A stretch of 64,000 bases of DNA from Candidatus Bathyarchaeota archaeon (GTDB lineage: Archaea > Thermoproteota > Bathyarchaeia > Bathyarchaeales > Bathycorpusculaceae), in NCBI GenBank assembly GCA_963775895.1, contig CAVZKL010000011.1:50873-114872 (forward strand), read 5' to 3'. The notes below the pieces were generated by a model. That model saw only the letters and a list, made by a program, of their open reading frames with translations. It ran no database searches and was not told where the DNA came from. The position numbers were made by a program, and so were the translations under genes. Shown piece by piece: positions 21,128 to 31,947 of the stretch (position 1 is its first letter; every line of letters starts with the position of its first letter).

Positions 21128-22453
21128 TCAGGATTTTTCCTTGGGCTTTATCGTTATGGCCTTTGCTGGACAAACACTTGAGCACAGTCCACAGGCTTCG
21201 CATTTCTCATCGTCAATCTTGGCGTGATTTTCAACTTTCACTGCGTCATGGAAACAGGTTCTTTCACACCATCCACATGAGTATGTTCTGAGGTGTTTCT
21301 CGCAGGCAGGTTCATCAACTATGGCGATTTTGGTCGACTTCCCTCCGACCATGACTGGAATCTCTCTTTCTATCTTGTCGGCCGAGATGAAGTTTTTGAG
21401 TGCGATACCTTTGATTTCGTTGATGCTCGTGTAACCTTTCTTCTCCATCCACTCAGTAATTTTATCAAGCCACTTCGTTATTTCCTCGTAGCCTTTGCAC
21501 ATGATTGCGGTGCAAGTCTGAACAGTGTCTGCGCCAGCCATCAAACAACTTATTACGTCTTCCCATTCCCACACGCCGCTTGTGGCACTTAGTGGAACTT
21601 TTATGCCCGACTCTCTTGATTTTGCGAGCCACCTTAAAGCCAACGGAAGCATAAACGGGCCACCAAAACCTGAGTAGGAGCCCCACTCAATTGGCCTTGC
21701 ATTCTCAATGTCTATTAGTACACCCATTAGCCTGTTTATTTCCGTAATGCCATCTGCCCCAGCTTCTTCGCACTTCTTTGCTACTGACACCAAATCTCCA
21801 ACCTGAGCCGTTAGTTTTGGAACTATTGGTAAACTCAGGTTTTTTCGGCATAATCTCGTTATCTCTTCGGCGGCGGCAGGAACCGCTCCGACAGTTGCGC
21901 CGAGCTCTTTCTCAACTTCCATCGCGTGAGGACATGAATAGTTCAATTCAACTGCATCCGCCTTGGACCCGTTTACAATTTTGCATTGGTCTTCCCATCC
22001 TTCGATAGTACCTCCCATGATACTTGCAATAACTGCACAATCCTCTCCGACCTTTTTCTTGGTCTCATCAACGTAGTTCACGTATTTGTCATACTCAAAT
22101 ACCGCGGCTTGCTCGATTGAGTACAACGTGAAGAGTTTGGGTTCTTTGACGATCAGCTTCTCACCTGATCGCAGCAACCCAGGCTTCTGGGTGGGCAAAA
22201 TGGGATCCCAGTTCAATAGTTTGAACCTAGGCCGCGCATAGAGGTAAGCCGGAGATATCTTGTGGTTTATCCAATTCACCGCATGTGTTTTGTCGCGTTC
22301 TTCTGGGTACAGCGTCTTCAAAACGACGCCTGCAGCTTTAGCTTTCGCAGCTTTGACGCAGCGGTCTGGATCATGCGTAGGAGTTGCAGAAGCGGCAATG
22401 ATCGGGTTTTTGAGGGTTAAGCTCCCAAATTTTACAGAAGTGTCAATCATCAT
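21128..22453 (-). CDS. Dihydropyrimidine dehydrogenase PreA-like protein (DHODH family + 2x[4Fe-4S])
   Basis: LKNPIIAAS, ELNYSCPH, PKLT, C-terminal CGWCERTC and CEACGLCSSVCP. Confidence 0.8.
   Translation of the reverse strand: MMIDTSVKFGSLTLKNPIIAASATPTHDPDRCVKAAKAKAAGVVLKTLYPEERDKTHAVNWINHKISPAYLYARPRFKLLNWDPILPTQKPGLLRSGEKLIVKEPKLFTLYSIEQAAVFEYDKYVNYVDETKKKVGEDCAVIASIMGGTIEGWEDQCKIVNGSKADAVELNYSCPHAMEVEKELGATVGAVPAAAEEITRLCRKNLSLPIVPKLTAQVGDLVSVAKKCEEAGADGITEINRLMGVLIDIENARPIEWGSYSGFGGPFMLPLALRWLAKSRESGIKVPLSATSGVWEWEDVISCLMAGADTVQTCTAIMCKGYEEITKWLDKITEWMEKKGYTSINEIKGIALKNFISADKIEREIPVMVGGKSTKIAIVDEPACEKHLRTYSCGWCERTCFHDAVKVENHAKIDDEKCEACGLCSSVCPAKAITIKPKEKS
22410..22431. repeat. 22-bp direct repeat, copy 1 (TTGAGGGTTAAGCTCCCAAATT), in the 5' end of the preA-like gene
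   Basis: Exact match to 33996..34017. Confidence 0.85.
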
Positions 22454-22696
22454 AAGACCCTCGTGTTGATCTAGAAGACCAAACAAAGGGTGAGATGGTT
22501 ATTTAACCATTGTTGTCATTTTTTTCGTTCTTGACATTGATTTTCATTTTATCTTTGCAAACGATGTCTCAAAGGTCTGTGCTCGACATTCATTCCTTAT
22601 CACTATTAACTCCGTCCGCCTCGCGCGCGCTCCCACCAAGCCCGTCCGATCCGAGACAAAGACCGTTTACCGAAACTCAACCTCATACGAAGAATT

Positions 22697-23917
22697 TCAG
22701 TCTATGGTTTCACTATTTATGCGCGAATACTGCTGCATTCCTTTCCTTGCAGAAAACTTGGAGAAGAAAACCGGAAGAACTAGCAAGAAAGCGAGTAACG
22801 CAATGCATAACCATGCATAACCGTATCCTAACCTAATTACAAAGTAGGAGAAGAGCAACGGTGATACAAAAGTGCCTGAAAGTTGGAGGCTGTTAACCCA
22901 ACTTAAGGCCAAGGTTTCGTATTCAGGACCCAATCTGTTGGCTTCTCTAGCGACCGCAAAACCAAACGTGAGCCCGGCCCCCGTTCCCAAGCCAACGAGG
23001 ACGCTCGACGCGATTGCCGAGTAAAGCGTCCCAATAAACGCTATGGCGATGCCGACTGCCATAGTTGCACCCGTCACAAAAAGCAACCTTCTTGCATTTC
23101 CAAACTTGTCAAAGACTCTTCCAGAAAACGGTCCTGTCACGAAGGCCGAAGCAGCGGCCAGTGACGCGATCACACCAGCTTCTCCAACGCCGACGTTGCA
23201 CACGTTCTCAAGGTAATAAGCCATGAAATTTTGCACAACAGCACTGCCTACTTGAAAACTCAGCAAAGCAATTGATAACATTATCAAGAATCTATTGGTC
23301 AGTATGAGCTTCAGACAGTGAAGGTCGATTTGAAAGTCTGAGCGAAGGTTGTCCTTGGGTGCAAAAAAGATGAGCAAAAGAGACGTTGCCAAACCTAGCG
23401 AGCCACTTATGACAAGGCTGCTGCGCCACCCAAGTCCAACTGCTATTGCTGCCCAACCCGAAAGCCCAATCACACCGCCCAAATAGAAAGCTGAATGGTA
23501 AGTTCCAACCCCCAATCCCTCCGACCCTTTCCTCAAGAGTCTGATCACCAGAATAATGGCTGGAGCAAAAACGAGGGCCATTCCAGCGCCTACAAGAAAC
23601 CTTAGGACCGCTATCTCTGCAAGATTCCTCGCGAAACCGGTCAACAAAGCAGAAACAGACGCAATCGTTGTCCCGTAAATCACAGTCAGACGCGGACCCG
23701 TTTTGGCTGCGAGGATTCCTCCAGGTACTTGAAACGCTCCAATGCCGATGTAGAATGCCGCCGTTACCACCCCCAGCCCTGAGATATCTTGCTGAAATTC
23801 GGAAGCTATCAAGGAAAAAACCGCCGCTATGTTCATCCAGTTTATCGCATACACGACTCTGCCCAAAATGAGCGATGCCAGCGCAGCACGGTTGGTTGAA
23901 TTCTTATCAAAGCTCAC
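22697..23917 (-). CDS. MFS transporter
   Basis: About 12 TM segments; GILAAKTGPR and GRVFDKFG loop motifs. Confidence 0.9.
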   Translation of the reverse strand: MSFDKNSTNRAALASLILGRVVYAINWMNIAAVFSLIASEFQQDISGLGVVTAAFYIGIGAFQVPGGILAAKTGPRLTVIYGTTIASVSALLTGFARNLAEIAVLRFLVGAGMALVFAPAIILVIRLLRKGSEGLGVGTYHSAFYLGGVIGLSGWAAIAVGLGWRSSLVISGSLGLATSLLLIFFAPKDNLRSDFQIDLHCLKLILTNRFLIMLSIALLSFQVGSAVVQNFMAYYLENVCNVGVGEAGVIASLAAASAFVTGPFSGRVFDKFGNARRLLFVTGATMAVGIAIAFIGTLYSAIASSVLVGLGTGAGLTFGFAVAREANRLGPEYETLALSWVNSLQLSGTFVSPLLFSYFVIRLGYGYAWLCIALLAFLLVLPVFFSKFSARKGMQQYSRINSETID

Positions 23918-23989
23918 TGGTCTCAGACTCTCAAGACTTCCTTACAAATGAACCTTACCTGTTAATGAGTCTTCACTAACTTTTTCACA

Positions 23990-24005
23990 CTTAGCGCGTG
24001 CTAAG
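23990..24005. repeat. Intergenic (GC)n palindrome, example CTTAGCGCGTGCTAAG
   Basis: Near-perfect 16-bp palindrome; member of the recurrent motif family. Confidence 0.6.
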
Positions 24006-24277
24006 TCTCAGGAGAGTAACAAGGCCTTCTATGGATTTAGCCTGACTTCACCATTCTTTTTCAGTCTTGTGGGTTCACCATTTTCCTGCTCTCGGCTAAG
24101 CCTAGCACTGGCTCACGGCTTTCAGGCTTGTTTCACCTTGGAGGAGGGCTTCTATGGCCGTTGCGTTGAGCCTAGAAGTCCAGTCGTCACAATCGCGCGC
24201 ACTGGAGAAGACTTAAATTATGAACACATCCAAGATGTTTAAGAGAAATTAGTAAACTAAACAAGCCGTGATGAAAT

Positions 24278-25309
24278 ATGTCAAAAGAAACTGAGGCAAA
24301 ATTTGAAAGGCTTGGAGACGCGGTTGATAGTCTAATAACGCTAGACGTCAGTGCAAGAGGCGCCATAGGCACTCTTTATGAGGGAGCCAGAAGCAAATAT
24401 GGAAAATCACTGACATACATCGCTGCAAAGGCATTAAAAGAAAGAGTTGGCCCAGAAAAATACGTTATACTGGGGACAGGACTTCCAGTACGCGGCTGGA
24501 TTTCGCCAACCATCTCTGAAACCGATGGACCGACAGGAACTGCTACGCTTGCCAGAGCCTTATACGTAGGCTTTAAAGCCTGGCCAATGATACTCTGCGA
24601 AGAGACACAGTATCCAGGCGTCAAGGCTGCCTGTCGAGGTGCAGGCATGATGATACTAACACCTGAGGAGATGCAAAAATCTAAAGGCTCACCATTGGGC
24701 GTGCCAGGAGCGGTTGTTCAGACGTTTCCAACGGACGAGAAGCAGGCTAAGAGCGAAGCAGCACGTATCCTCAACAAGTTTGAACCGGCAGCGGTAATCA
24801 GTATTGAAAGGATTGGCAGAAATTCTAAGGGAGTTTGGCACAACATGAAGGGCTTCGATGTATCAAGAATTGTTGCAAAATTCGACTATCTGTTTGAGGA
24901 TGCCAAGAAAAGAGGAATCTTCACAATGGGAATGGGCGACGGAGGCAACGAGCTAGGCATGGGAGCCATCAAGGAAACTATTAGAAAACATATTCCTTAT
25001 GGAGCAGAATGTCAATGTCCATGCAAAGGCGGCTTGGCAGCAGATTTTGAACCTGACCTTTCCTTAACTGCGACCGTCTCAAACTGGGGCGCATGGGGAG
25101 TTGAAGCCATGCTGGCAGCTATGCTGGGTAAGCTCGAAGTGCTTCACACTGGAGAGATCGAAATGCGCAGCTTAATCGCCGCTGTTAACGAGGGATGCGT
25201 AGACGGCATAACAGGATTCGCAGAACCATTAGAAGATGCGGTTCCAGGCGAGATCTGCGCCAATATGGTCGAAATCCTGCGGTTCATGGTTGGAAAGGCC
25301 TTGAAGTGA
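24278..25309 (+). CDS. D-glutamate cyclase family protein (DUF4392)
   Basis: ETDGPTG, ISIERIGR, GDGGNELGMG, VSNWG. Confidence 0.85.
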   Translation: MSKETEAKFERLGDAVDSLITLDVSARGAIGTLYEGARSKYGKSLTYIAAKALKERVGPEKYVILGTGLPVRGWISPTISETDGPTGTATLARALYVGFKAWPMILCEETQYPGVKAACRGAGMMILTPEEMQKSKGSPLGVPGAVVQTFPTDEKQAKSEAARILNKFEPAAVISIERIGRNSKGVWHNMKGFDVSRIVAKFDYLFEDAKKRGIFTMGMGDGGNELGMGAIKETIRKHIPYGAECQCPCKGGLAADFEPDLSLTATVSNWGAWGVEAMLAAMLGKLEVLHTGEIEMRSLIAAVNEGCVDGITGFAEPLEDAVPGEICANMVEILRFMVGKALK

Positions 25310-25324
25310 CCTGGTGACAGTGCA

Positions 25325-26324
25325 TTGATTGAAAAAGAGACGCTCATCTTAAGTCAAAAAGACATAAAGCCGCTCTTATCAATGAAGGACACGATCGAAG
25401 CAGTGGAAAGAGCATTCAAAGATTTTGCCCTGGGAAAGACTCAGATACTTCCTAGAAAATACCTCGTTTTTGAAAAGTACGCCGGAAAGACCGGGTACAT
25501 GCCCGCATATATCGACACCCTCGACGCAGCAGGCATCAAGATTGTCAGCGCACATGATGAAAATCCTAAAGAAACATGGGTTGCCCAGAGTGACCGCTAC
25601 ATTGGTCTTAACCGACCCAAAAACCGGACTACCACTAGCTATAATGGATGCCACATACACGACGATGATGAGAACCGGCGCCATAGGTGCTATTGCAGCA
25701 AAACACCTGGCGAGAAAGGACTCCAAGGTCGTCGGCATCATCGGCACGGGGGTTCAGGGCAGGGGACAACTAATGGGGTTGATGGAGATTCAAGACATCA
25801 AGCAAGCATTGGTCTACGATGTGATGCCGGAGCAAGCCAGGAAATTTGTGCAGGAGGTAGGTAAACAGTTTGGAATCGACGTATTGGAGGCGGATACTAC
25901 TCAAAGAGTGACTGAACACTCGGATATCTTGGTAACCTCGACGAATTCAAAAACACCAGTCATAAATGACGAGTGGATTAAACCTGGCTTGCACATAACC
26001 ACGATGGGAGTAAGTGCTCCAGGCAGCCAAGAGATACCAACAGAAACTTTCAAGCGTTCTAAACTTGTCATAGATGACTTCAATCAGACATCACAGATGG
26101 GCGGGATTAACGTTCCATTTTCAAAGGGATTACTAAAGAAAGAAGACATTTACGCCGAGATTGGCGAAATACTCTTGGGCAAAAAGCCTGGAAGAACATC
26201 TGGCGAGGAAATAACAGTCTTTGTCACTAGCGGCCTACCAATTCAAGATATAGCCGTAGCGCGACTGGTCTATGAGAAGGCCAAAGAAAGAGGAATAGGC
26301 AAAATAGTGCAGCTGATGGAATAA
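25325..26324 (+). CDS. Ornithine cyclodeaminase/archaeal alanine dehydrogenase (mu-crystallin family); frameshift near 25570
   Basis: MPAY..GIKIVS, RTGA, GTGVQG, SGLPIQDIA across two overlapping ORFs. Confidence 0.88.
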
Positions 26325-26456
26325 ATCAGAGATCTCTAACCTGCCTAGTGAACCATTAGGTTTATCGATTTCTACCTCCTCTTTACCTGATGATTTCGGA
26401 TAAGTGGCTTCGAGTACACTGATGGCGCGATTTAAACCAAGTCAAGGTGATTGAGC

Positions 26457-27324
26457 ATGGCGCTGCCTACACAATTCAATTACTTTAGGTCCTAATACAA
26501 TAGAAGAAACGTTAAGATTAATGGGAAAATTTGGGGCTCAAGGCAAGGTTTTGGTTGGGGGTACAGACTTGATATCAGGGGTCAGGTCTGGAAAGATTAT
26601 CCTACCTGAAAATATCATTGAGATAGGTCACATTAAAGAATTAAACTTCATTGATGACGACGCAGATATTGTCAATGTTGGAGCTACAACAAAGCTGTCA
26701 GAAATCATGTCCTCTCCAATAATCAAAAGCAAAGTCCCAATATTGGCTGAAGCCATATCTACTATGGCATCGTCTCAAATTAGGAATATGGGAACGATAG
26801 GCGGCAACCTGTGCAATGCCTCCCCTGCTGCTGACACTGCACCTCCACTTCTTGTCTTAGACGCTAAGATCGAAGTCATAGACATAAAGAGCAAGAGGCT
26901 TGTTCCCATTGACCAATTCTTCACGGGACCAAGTAAGACTGCGGTAGGTCCTAACGAAATCGTCACCAAGATACAAATTCCGACGCAGCTGCCAACCAAT
27001 AGGTGGGACTTTGTTAAATTGGGCAGAAGAAAAGCCTTCACCTTATCCATAATTTCCATAGCAGGTCTAGCCAAAATAATCGACAACAGCTTTCAAGATG
27101 TGAAAATAGCTTTAGGCGCCGTGGCGCCTACGCCTCTTAGAGCGAAAAAAGCGGAGACATTTTTGAAAGGAAAGGCTGCAAGCGAAGATGTAATCGATGA
27201 GGCATCACAAATAGTTAGAGACGAGATAAACCCCATAAGCGATGTCAGGGCATCTAAGGAATATAGACGAGAAATGGCTTGTACTCTTACAAAGAAAATG
27301 CTCATGAATCTATCAAGTGACTAG
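26457..27324 (+). CDS. Xanthine dehydrogenase family FAD subunit (CoxM-like); frameshift near 26488
   Basis: GGTDL, QIRNMGTIGGNLCNASPAAD, SDVRASKEYR. Confidence 0.9.
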
Positions 27325-27409
27325 GGGTGCATCTGAGGTAGAGCAGTTTTCCTACGCAGATAACCAAACAGGACGAAGTATGAAATCGGGCCATAGTATA
27401 TCGGCGATT

Positions 27410-27883
27410 CTAAAGTTTGGTGTTTTGGGCGGCATCTTTTATCGCTTTAACAATGTTTACATATCCTGTGCATCTGCATAGATTGCCAGCGATTCCTCTT
27501 CTTATTTCTTCATCGGTCGGGTCCTTGACCGTTTTCAATAGGTGATAGGCCGATAGAAGCATGCCTGGAGTGCAGTAGCCACACTGCAAAGCGTAGTTTT
27601 CTATGAAAGCGTCCATAAGTGACCGCATTTTCTCATCTTGCATTAGCCCCTCTACTGTGAGAATCTCTTCGCCATCGACTTGAACTGCAAGGGTGATGCA
27701 AGATAAAATGGGCTTGCCATTGAGCAGAACAGTGCATGCTCCACATTCACCTTCTTCGCATCCTCTATGAACACTTTTCATTTTCAAAGTGTTTCTAAGA
27801 AGATCTATTAGAGGGGTTCTAGGCTCGATTTGGACCTCATAAGATCTACCATTCACTTTCAGAGACACATTAACACAGTTCAT
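27410..27883 (-). CDS. Xanthine dehydrogenase family 2Fe-2S subunit (CoxS-like)
   Basis: GCEEGECGACTV, QCGYCTPG, GNLCRCTGY. Confidence 0.93.
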   Translation of the reverse strand: MNCVNVSLKVNGRSYEVQIEPRTPLIDLLRNTLKMKSVHRGCEEGECGACTVLLNGKPILSCITLAVQVDGEEILTVEGLMQDEKMRSLMDAFIENYALQCGYCTPGMLLSAYHLLKTVKDPTDEEIRRGIAGNLCRCTGYVNIVKAIKDAAQNTKL

Positions 27884-27888
27884 TGCTT

Positions 27889-30270
27889 TCACCTTTCGCG
27901 ACTCTTTTTGCATTGGGAAATCAATCTCCATATTCTCTCCTTCGTCGCCGGGGTCTCAGCTATCACTATGTTGAATGGCGATAAAGCGTCTTCAACGGCA
28001 TTTATGATTACCACTTTACTTCCTATAGTCGGAGCCTCACCCATACCCTTCGTGCCCAACTCGGTGAATGGGGACGGTGTTTTCACGTGGCCAACTTCTA
28101 TGTTAGGCGCGTCTAAGGCTGTTGGCATTACATAGTCCATATATGAGGTGGAAAGCAATCGCCCATTCTTATCATAAATCAGATGTTCGTTCAATGCTTC
28201 GCCTATACCTTGCACGACTCCTCCATGAATCTGACCGTCAACAACCTCCTTGTTTATGATCCTGCCAGCGTCATGTACATGCACGTACCTCAATATTTCT
28301 ACATCGCCTGTTTCCACGTTTACCTCAACTACGGCGACATCTGCAGACGAACAAAACGTTGTATATGTGCTCGTGGGGTTCTGCGTTGTGTTGGGGCTGA
28401 ACCAAGTTTCAGAGACATCGAGCAACGTTTCATGCCCCATCTGAAGTTCCTTTTGAAGACCTTTAGGGCCCGGGAAAAAGTACATATATGCCGCGAGGTC
28501 CTTCATCGATATCCTTTTACTCGGATCCCTTGTTGAGTAGATGCAACTACCCTTCATCTCGATGCTACTACTGTCTTCATTTAAAACACTACTCGCAACT
28601 TTTAACACTCTCTCCCTTAATTTCTTTGCAGCCTTAGCAACCGCGCTGAGGCAGTATACAACACCTCTGCTGGACCATGGACCAGCACCAGTAATGTCGG
28701 AGGAAAACGGGTGCACGATGACGTCGGCAATGTTAACGCCCAGAATTTCGGATACTACTTGTGCAATAACAACCATGGATCCTTGACCTATGTCCGTTTG
28801 ATCGCTATAGACTTCAACTTTCCCATCAGGAGTTATTTTGGTGCGCCCAAGTGTCACGCCACTGAATATGCTGTGGGGTATAGCTCCACCCGCAGGCTCC
28901 ACAGTAAATGCCAGTCCTATGCCTAGATACTTGTTTTGCCCGATCAAACCTCGTTTACTTCTCCAAGTGTTTATGTCGATCATCTTTAGGGCTTTTTTGA
29001 GTACTTCTGGGTAGTCTCCACTATCGTAAACGTATCCTGAGATTTGCTTGTACGGAAATTCATTTGGCTGAATAAAGTTTCTGAATCTAATTTCTTCGGG
29101 AGCCAAATTGAGTTCTTTGCTTACAATGTTCATTATTCTCTCAATGAATTTTATGCCCTTATCTTTACCAAAGCCTCTGTAAGCACAATAGAATGATTTG
29201 TTCGTAACAACGGCGTAAGCATCCGTATATAATGCTTTGAGTTTGTACGCGTTGGGGACTGCGCAGCATGCCGGTACTATGCTGCAGGCGCCTGCTCCTC
29301 TGTTTGTTCCTTCAACTCCAATATCGATTATAAACTTTGCTTTTACTCCTAGTATTTGTCCATCATTCTTAACCGCGACTTCACCATCCCATATAACATC
29401 TCTTTGATGAGGGCCCGTCGCAAAGTTCTCTCTTCTATTTTCAAACCACTTCACAGGTCTTCCAGTGAGGATTGAAGCAGCACATACTACTACATCCTTC
29501 GACCAGTTTAGCTTATTGCCAAAAGCTCCGCCAACATCGGGGGCTACAACCTCAACTCTGTTCATGGGTATGCGAAGAGCTTGGGCTATATAGCGTTGTG
29601 CTAGAAAGGGAGATTGAGTAGAGCTCCAAACTTTCAACCTGCCCATCGAGTCGTCGTACCAGGCCACGCAGCCCCGAGGTTCTATAGGAAATCCTGATAC
29701 CCTACCTTCACGCCAAGACACCTTAATTATGCGGTCAGCCTCTGAAAATGCTGCGTCAATATCGCCGAATTTGAAGGTTACATGAGCTTGTAAATTATCT
29801 CCCCACTCTTCATATAACAACGGCGAATTCGGTTCCATAGCCGTGATAGCATCTGTGACGATGGGCAAGGGTTCATACTCAATTTCTATTAACTTAAGTG
29901 CGTCAAATGCGTTATATGGGTCTTCAGCTATCACGACGGCTACTGGCTCGCCTATAAACCTTACTTTGTCTGTAGCCAAAGGGTATGCCTTAGGTATACG
30001 CCAATGCCAGCCTAAAGGTCTATAATCTGCATTTGCGGGTAGTGGGTCCATGATTCCTACTAAGTCTTTGCCTGCGAGGATTCTTAGTACACCGGGCGCC
30101 TTCAAAGCTTTAGCCAGATCGATATTTTTTATCTTCGCATGCGCATGAGAGCTTCGCAAAAACACGCAGTAAGCCATATTGGGCAATTCCACATCGTCTA
30201 TGTAACATCCCTTACCTGACATGAGTCGAATGTCCCTTTCTTTTTTCCACTCAATGATGGGTGAAGACAT
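27889..30270 (-). CDS. Xanthine dehydrogenase family molybdopterin subunit (CoxL-like, not form I CODH)
   Basis: VGGAFGNK, AYRGFG, GQIHGGVVQGIG, KGMGEA. Confidence 0.92.
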   Translation of the reverse strand: MSSPIIEWKKERDIRLMSGKGCYIDDVELPNMAYCVFLRSSHAHAKIKNIDLAKALKAPGVLRILAGKDLVGIMDPLPANADYRPLGWHWRIPKAYPLATDKVRFIGEPVAVVIAEDPYNAFDALKLIEIEYEPLPIVTDAITAMEPNSPLLYEEWGDNLQAHVTFKFGDIDAAFSEADRIIKVSWREGRVSGFPIEPRGCVAWYDDSMGRLKVWSSTQSPFLAQRYIAQALRIPMNRVEVVAPDVGGAFGNKLNWSKDVVVCAASILTGRPVKWFENRRENFATGPHQRDVIWDGEVAVKNDGQILGVKAKFIIDIGVEGTNRGAGACSIVPACCAVPNAYKLKALYTDAYAVVTNKSFYCAYRGFGKDKGIKFIERIMNIVSKELNLAPEEIRFRNFIQPNEFPYKQISGYVYDSGDYPEVLKKALKMIDINTWRSKRGLIGQNKYLGIGLAFTVEPAGGAIPHSIFSGVTLGRTKITPDGKVEVYSDQTDIGQGSMVVIAQVVSEILGVNIADVIVHPFSSDITGAGPWSSRGVVYCLSAVAKAAKKLRERVLKVASSVLNEDSSSIEMKGSCIYSTRDPSKRISMKDLAAYMYFFPGPKGLQKELQMGHETLLDVSETWFSPNTTQNPTSTYTTFCSSADVAVVEVNVETGDVEILRYVHVHDAGRIINKEVVDGQIHGGVVQGIGEALNEHLIYDKNGRLLSTSYMDYVMPTALDAPNIEVGHVKTPSPFTELGTKGMGEAPTIGSKVVIINAVEDALSPFNIVIAETPATKERIWRLISQCKKSRER

Positions 30271-30332
30271 TTCTAAGAAACTCCGATGCTAAATTACTCG
30301 CCATTATGTATCTACTTAACTTTCTGGTATTT

Positions 30333-30390
30333 GCGCGCGCGCACGAGCTCAAAGGCAAGAGCGCTAAATCAACTCGGCTTAGCGCGCGCT
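30333..30390. repeat. Two intergenic (GC)n palindromes (GCGCGCGCGC; AGCGCGCGCT)
   Basis: Directly visible between the coxL-like and mocA genes. Confidence 0.6.
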
Positions 30391-30410
30391 GACTGTAGGA
30401 TGTTAATGTT

Positions 30411-31013
30411 TCATTGATCTTCTGTACCCTCGGGTGGGAAATACCTTTTAAGGTCTTCTTCTGAGTCAAAGTCAATGAGGATCTCGTCTGATCCTGTTTC
30501 CACCTTCTTTATTAGTCCTCTATTTGCATTCACAACTGATTTCAAGCCCATCGTTTCCTCGTTTATGTTCATAATCTGACCGAAGAGGAAGCGATCAAAA
30601 AGTATTGGATGACCTAATCTGCCTCGATGACTTGCCACTACAATATGGCTTCGAGACTTCTTGTATTCTTCAATGACCATATTGATAGCCTCAGGTGTAA
30701 TTAGGGCCATGTCTCCGGGGAGCACCAACACAGCCTCCGCGTAACCCATGACAGAATTAACTCCAGCCTTAATTGAAGAGCTTTGACCGATCTCATAGTT
30801 TTCATTAATTATGAACCTGCACTTGACGTCTTTGAGAGCCCCTTTGATCATTTGCGCTTCATGGCCTAAAACCACAACGATTTCATCTGCTTTTGAAGCT
30901 ACAGCACTTTTGACAACCCTCTCGATAATGGTGGAGTCATCAATTTTTTCAAGTAGCCTATTTCTTCCAAACCTTTTTGATAAACCTGCAGCTAACACAA
31001 TGAGGCATATCAA
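30411..31013 (-). CDS. mocA: Molybdenum cofactor cytidylyltransferase (MocA-like)
   Basis: LAAGLSKRFG, GQSSSI, PGDM, GHPILF; adjacent to Mo-hydroxylase genes. Confidence 0.82.
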   Translation of the reverse strand: MICLIVLAAGLSKRFGRNRLLEKIDDSTIIERVVKSAVASKADEIVVVLGHEAQMIKGALKDVKCRFIINENYEIGQSSSIKAGVNSVMGYAEAVLVLPGDMALITPEAINMVIEEYKKSRSHIVVASHRGRLGHPILFDRFLFGQIMNINEETMGLKSVVNANRGLIKKVETGSDEILIDFDSEEDLKRYFPPEGTEDQ

Positions 31014-31143
31014 GCAATTTCCCAGGAAATATTACTTAACATTTACGGATAAATCTCTTTTCAAATGATGATCTAGACTTTCCGAGTCATATCGATTCTT
31101 AACATTTACAAAGAAGTTAAGCTCAAGCGCGTTCCAAGTGGGA

Positions 31144-31947
31144 TTATAGACTTTCTTTATCTTTCCTTCTCTCACTTATTATCTCTGCAAGAATGCTTAT
31201 TCCTATTTCTTCGGGGGTTTGAGCGCCGATGTCCAAGCCCAGTGGAGCATGTAGGGATTTCAGGTCGTCATCACCGATTCCTGTTGCCTTAAGTTTCGTC
31301 ACAAGCGTTGCGACCTTTGTCCTGCTACCAAGCAGGCCGATGTAAGCCGGCTTCTTTTTTACAATTTTCTCCAAGGCCAAATAGTCGTGTTCGGGCTCTC
31401 CGTGAGCGATAACTACCAGATCTTCTGAAGTTATATCTGTTTTATCGAGTATTTCATTGAAGTTACCTGCGATAATCTCTTCGGCCATAGGATACCGCTC
31501 CTTGCAAGCTAATTCCTCATTATCATCTACTATAGTGAGGCTAAACCCCAAGATGTCTGCAAATCTTGCTAAAGGCCAAGCCACATGGCCTGCGCCGATG
31601 ATTATGAGCCTCGGTTTTGGCTCAATTACATCGATGAATATCGTTAACTCGCCTCCACATATTAACCCTGTCTCGATTGAACCTTCCTTTTTAGATGGAT
31701 GGAGAGAGAAAAAGGCTTTCCTTGGCTTGCCTTCTCTCAAGGCCTTTAAAGACTCGCTAATCAAAAATCTCTCCATACTCCCCCCGCCAATCGTTCCGGT
31801 AGTTTTACCATCTTCAGTTACAATGATTTTTGCTCCGATATCTCTGGGCCCAGAGCCTACCTTTTCAATCAATGAACATAAAGCCACTTTCTTTCCACTT
31901 TCTAAGAGGCGCAGGGCTTCTCTCAATATTTCTAAATCAGTTGTCAC
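31144..31947 (-). CDS. xdhC: XdhC/CoxI family maturation factor
   Basis: GSGPR, GTIGGG, ICGG, GAGHVA, YIGLLGS, GLDIGAQTPEEI. Confidence 0.9.
   Translation of the reverse strand: MTTDLEILREALRLLESGKKVALCSLIEKVGSGPRDIGAKIIVTEDGKTTGTIGGGSMERFLISESLKALREGKPRKAFFSLHPSKKEGSIETGLICGGELTIFIDVIEPKPRLIIIGAGHVAWPLARFADILGFSLTIVDDNEELACKERYPMAEEIIAGNFNEILDKTDITSEDLVVIAHGEPEHDYLALEKIVKKKPAYIGLLGSRTKVATLVTKLKATGIGDDDLKSLHAPLGLDIGAQTPEEIGISILAEIISERRKDKESL

Noticed and set aside
27889-30270. Aerobic CO dehydrogenase
   Set aside because: Lacks the AYxCSFR form I motif.
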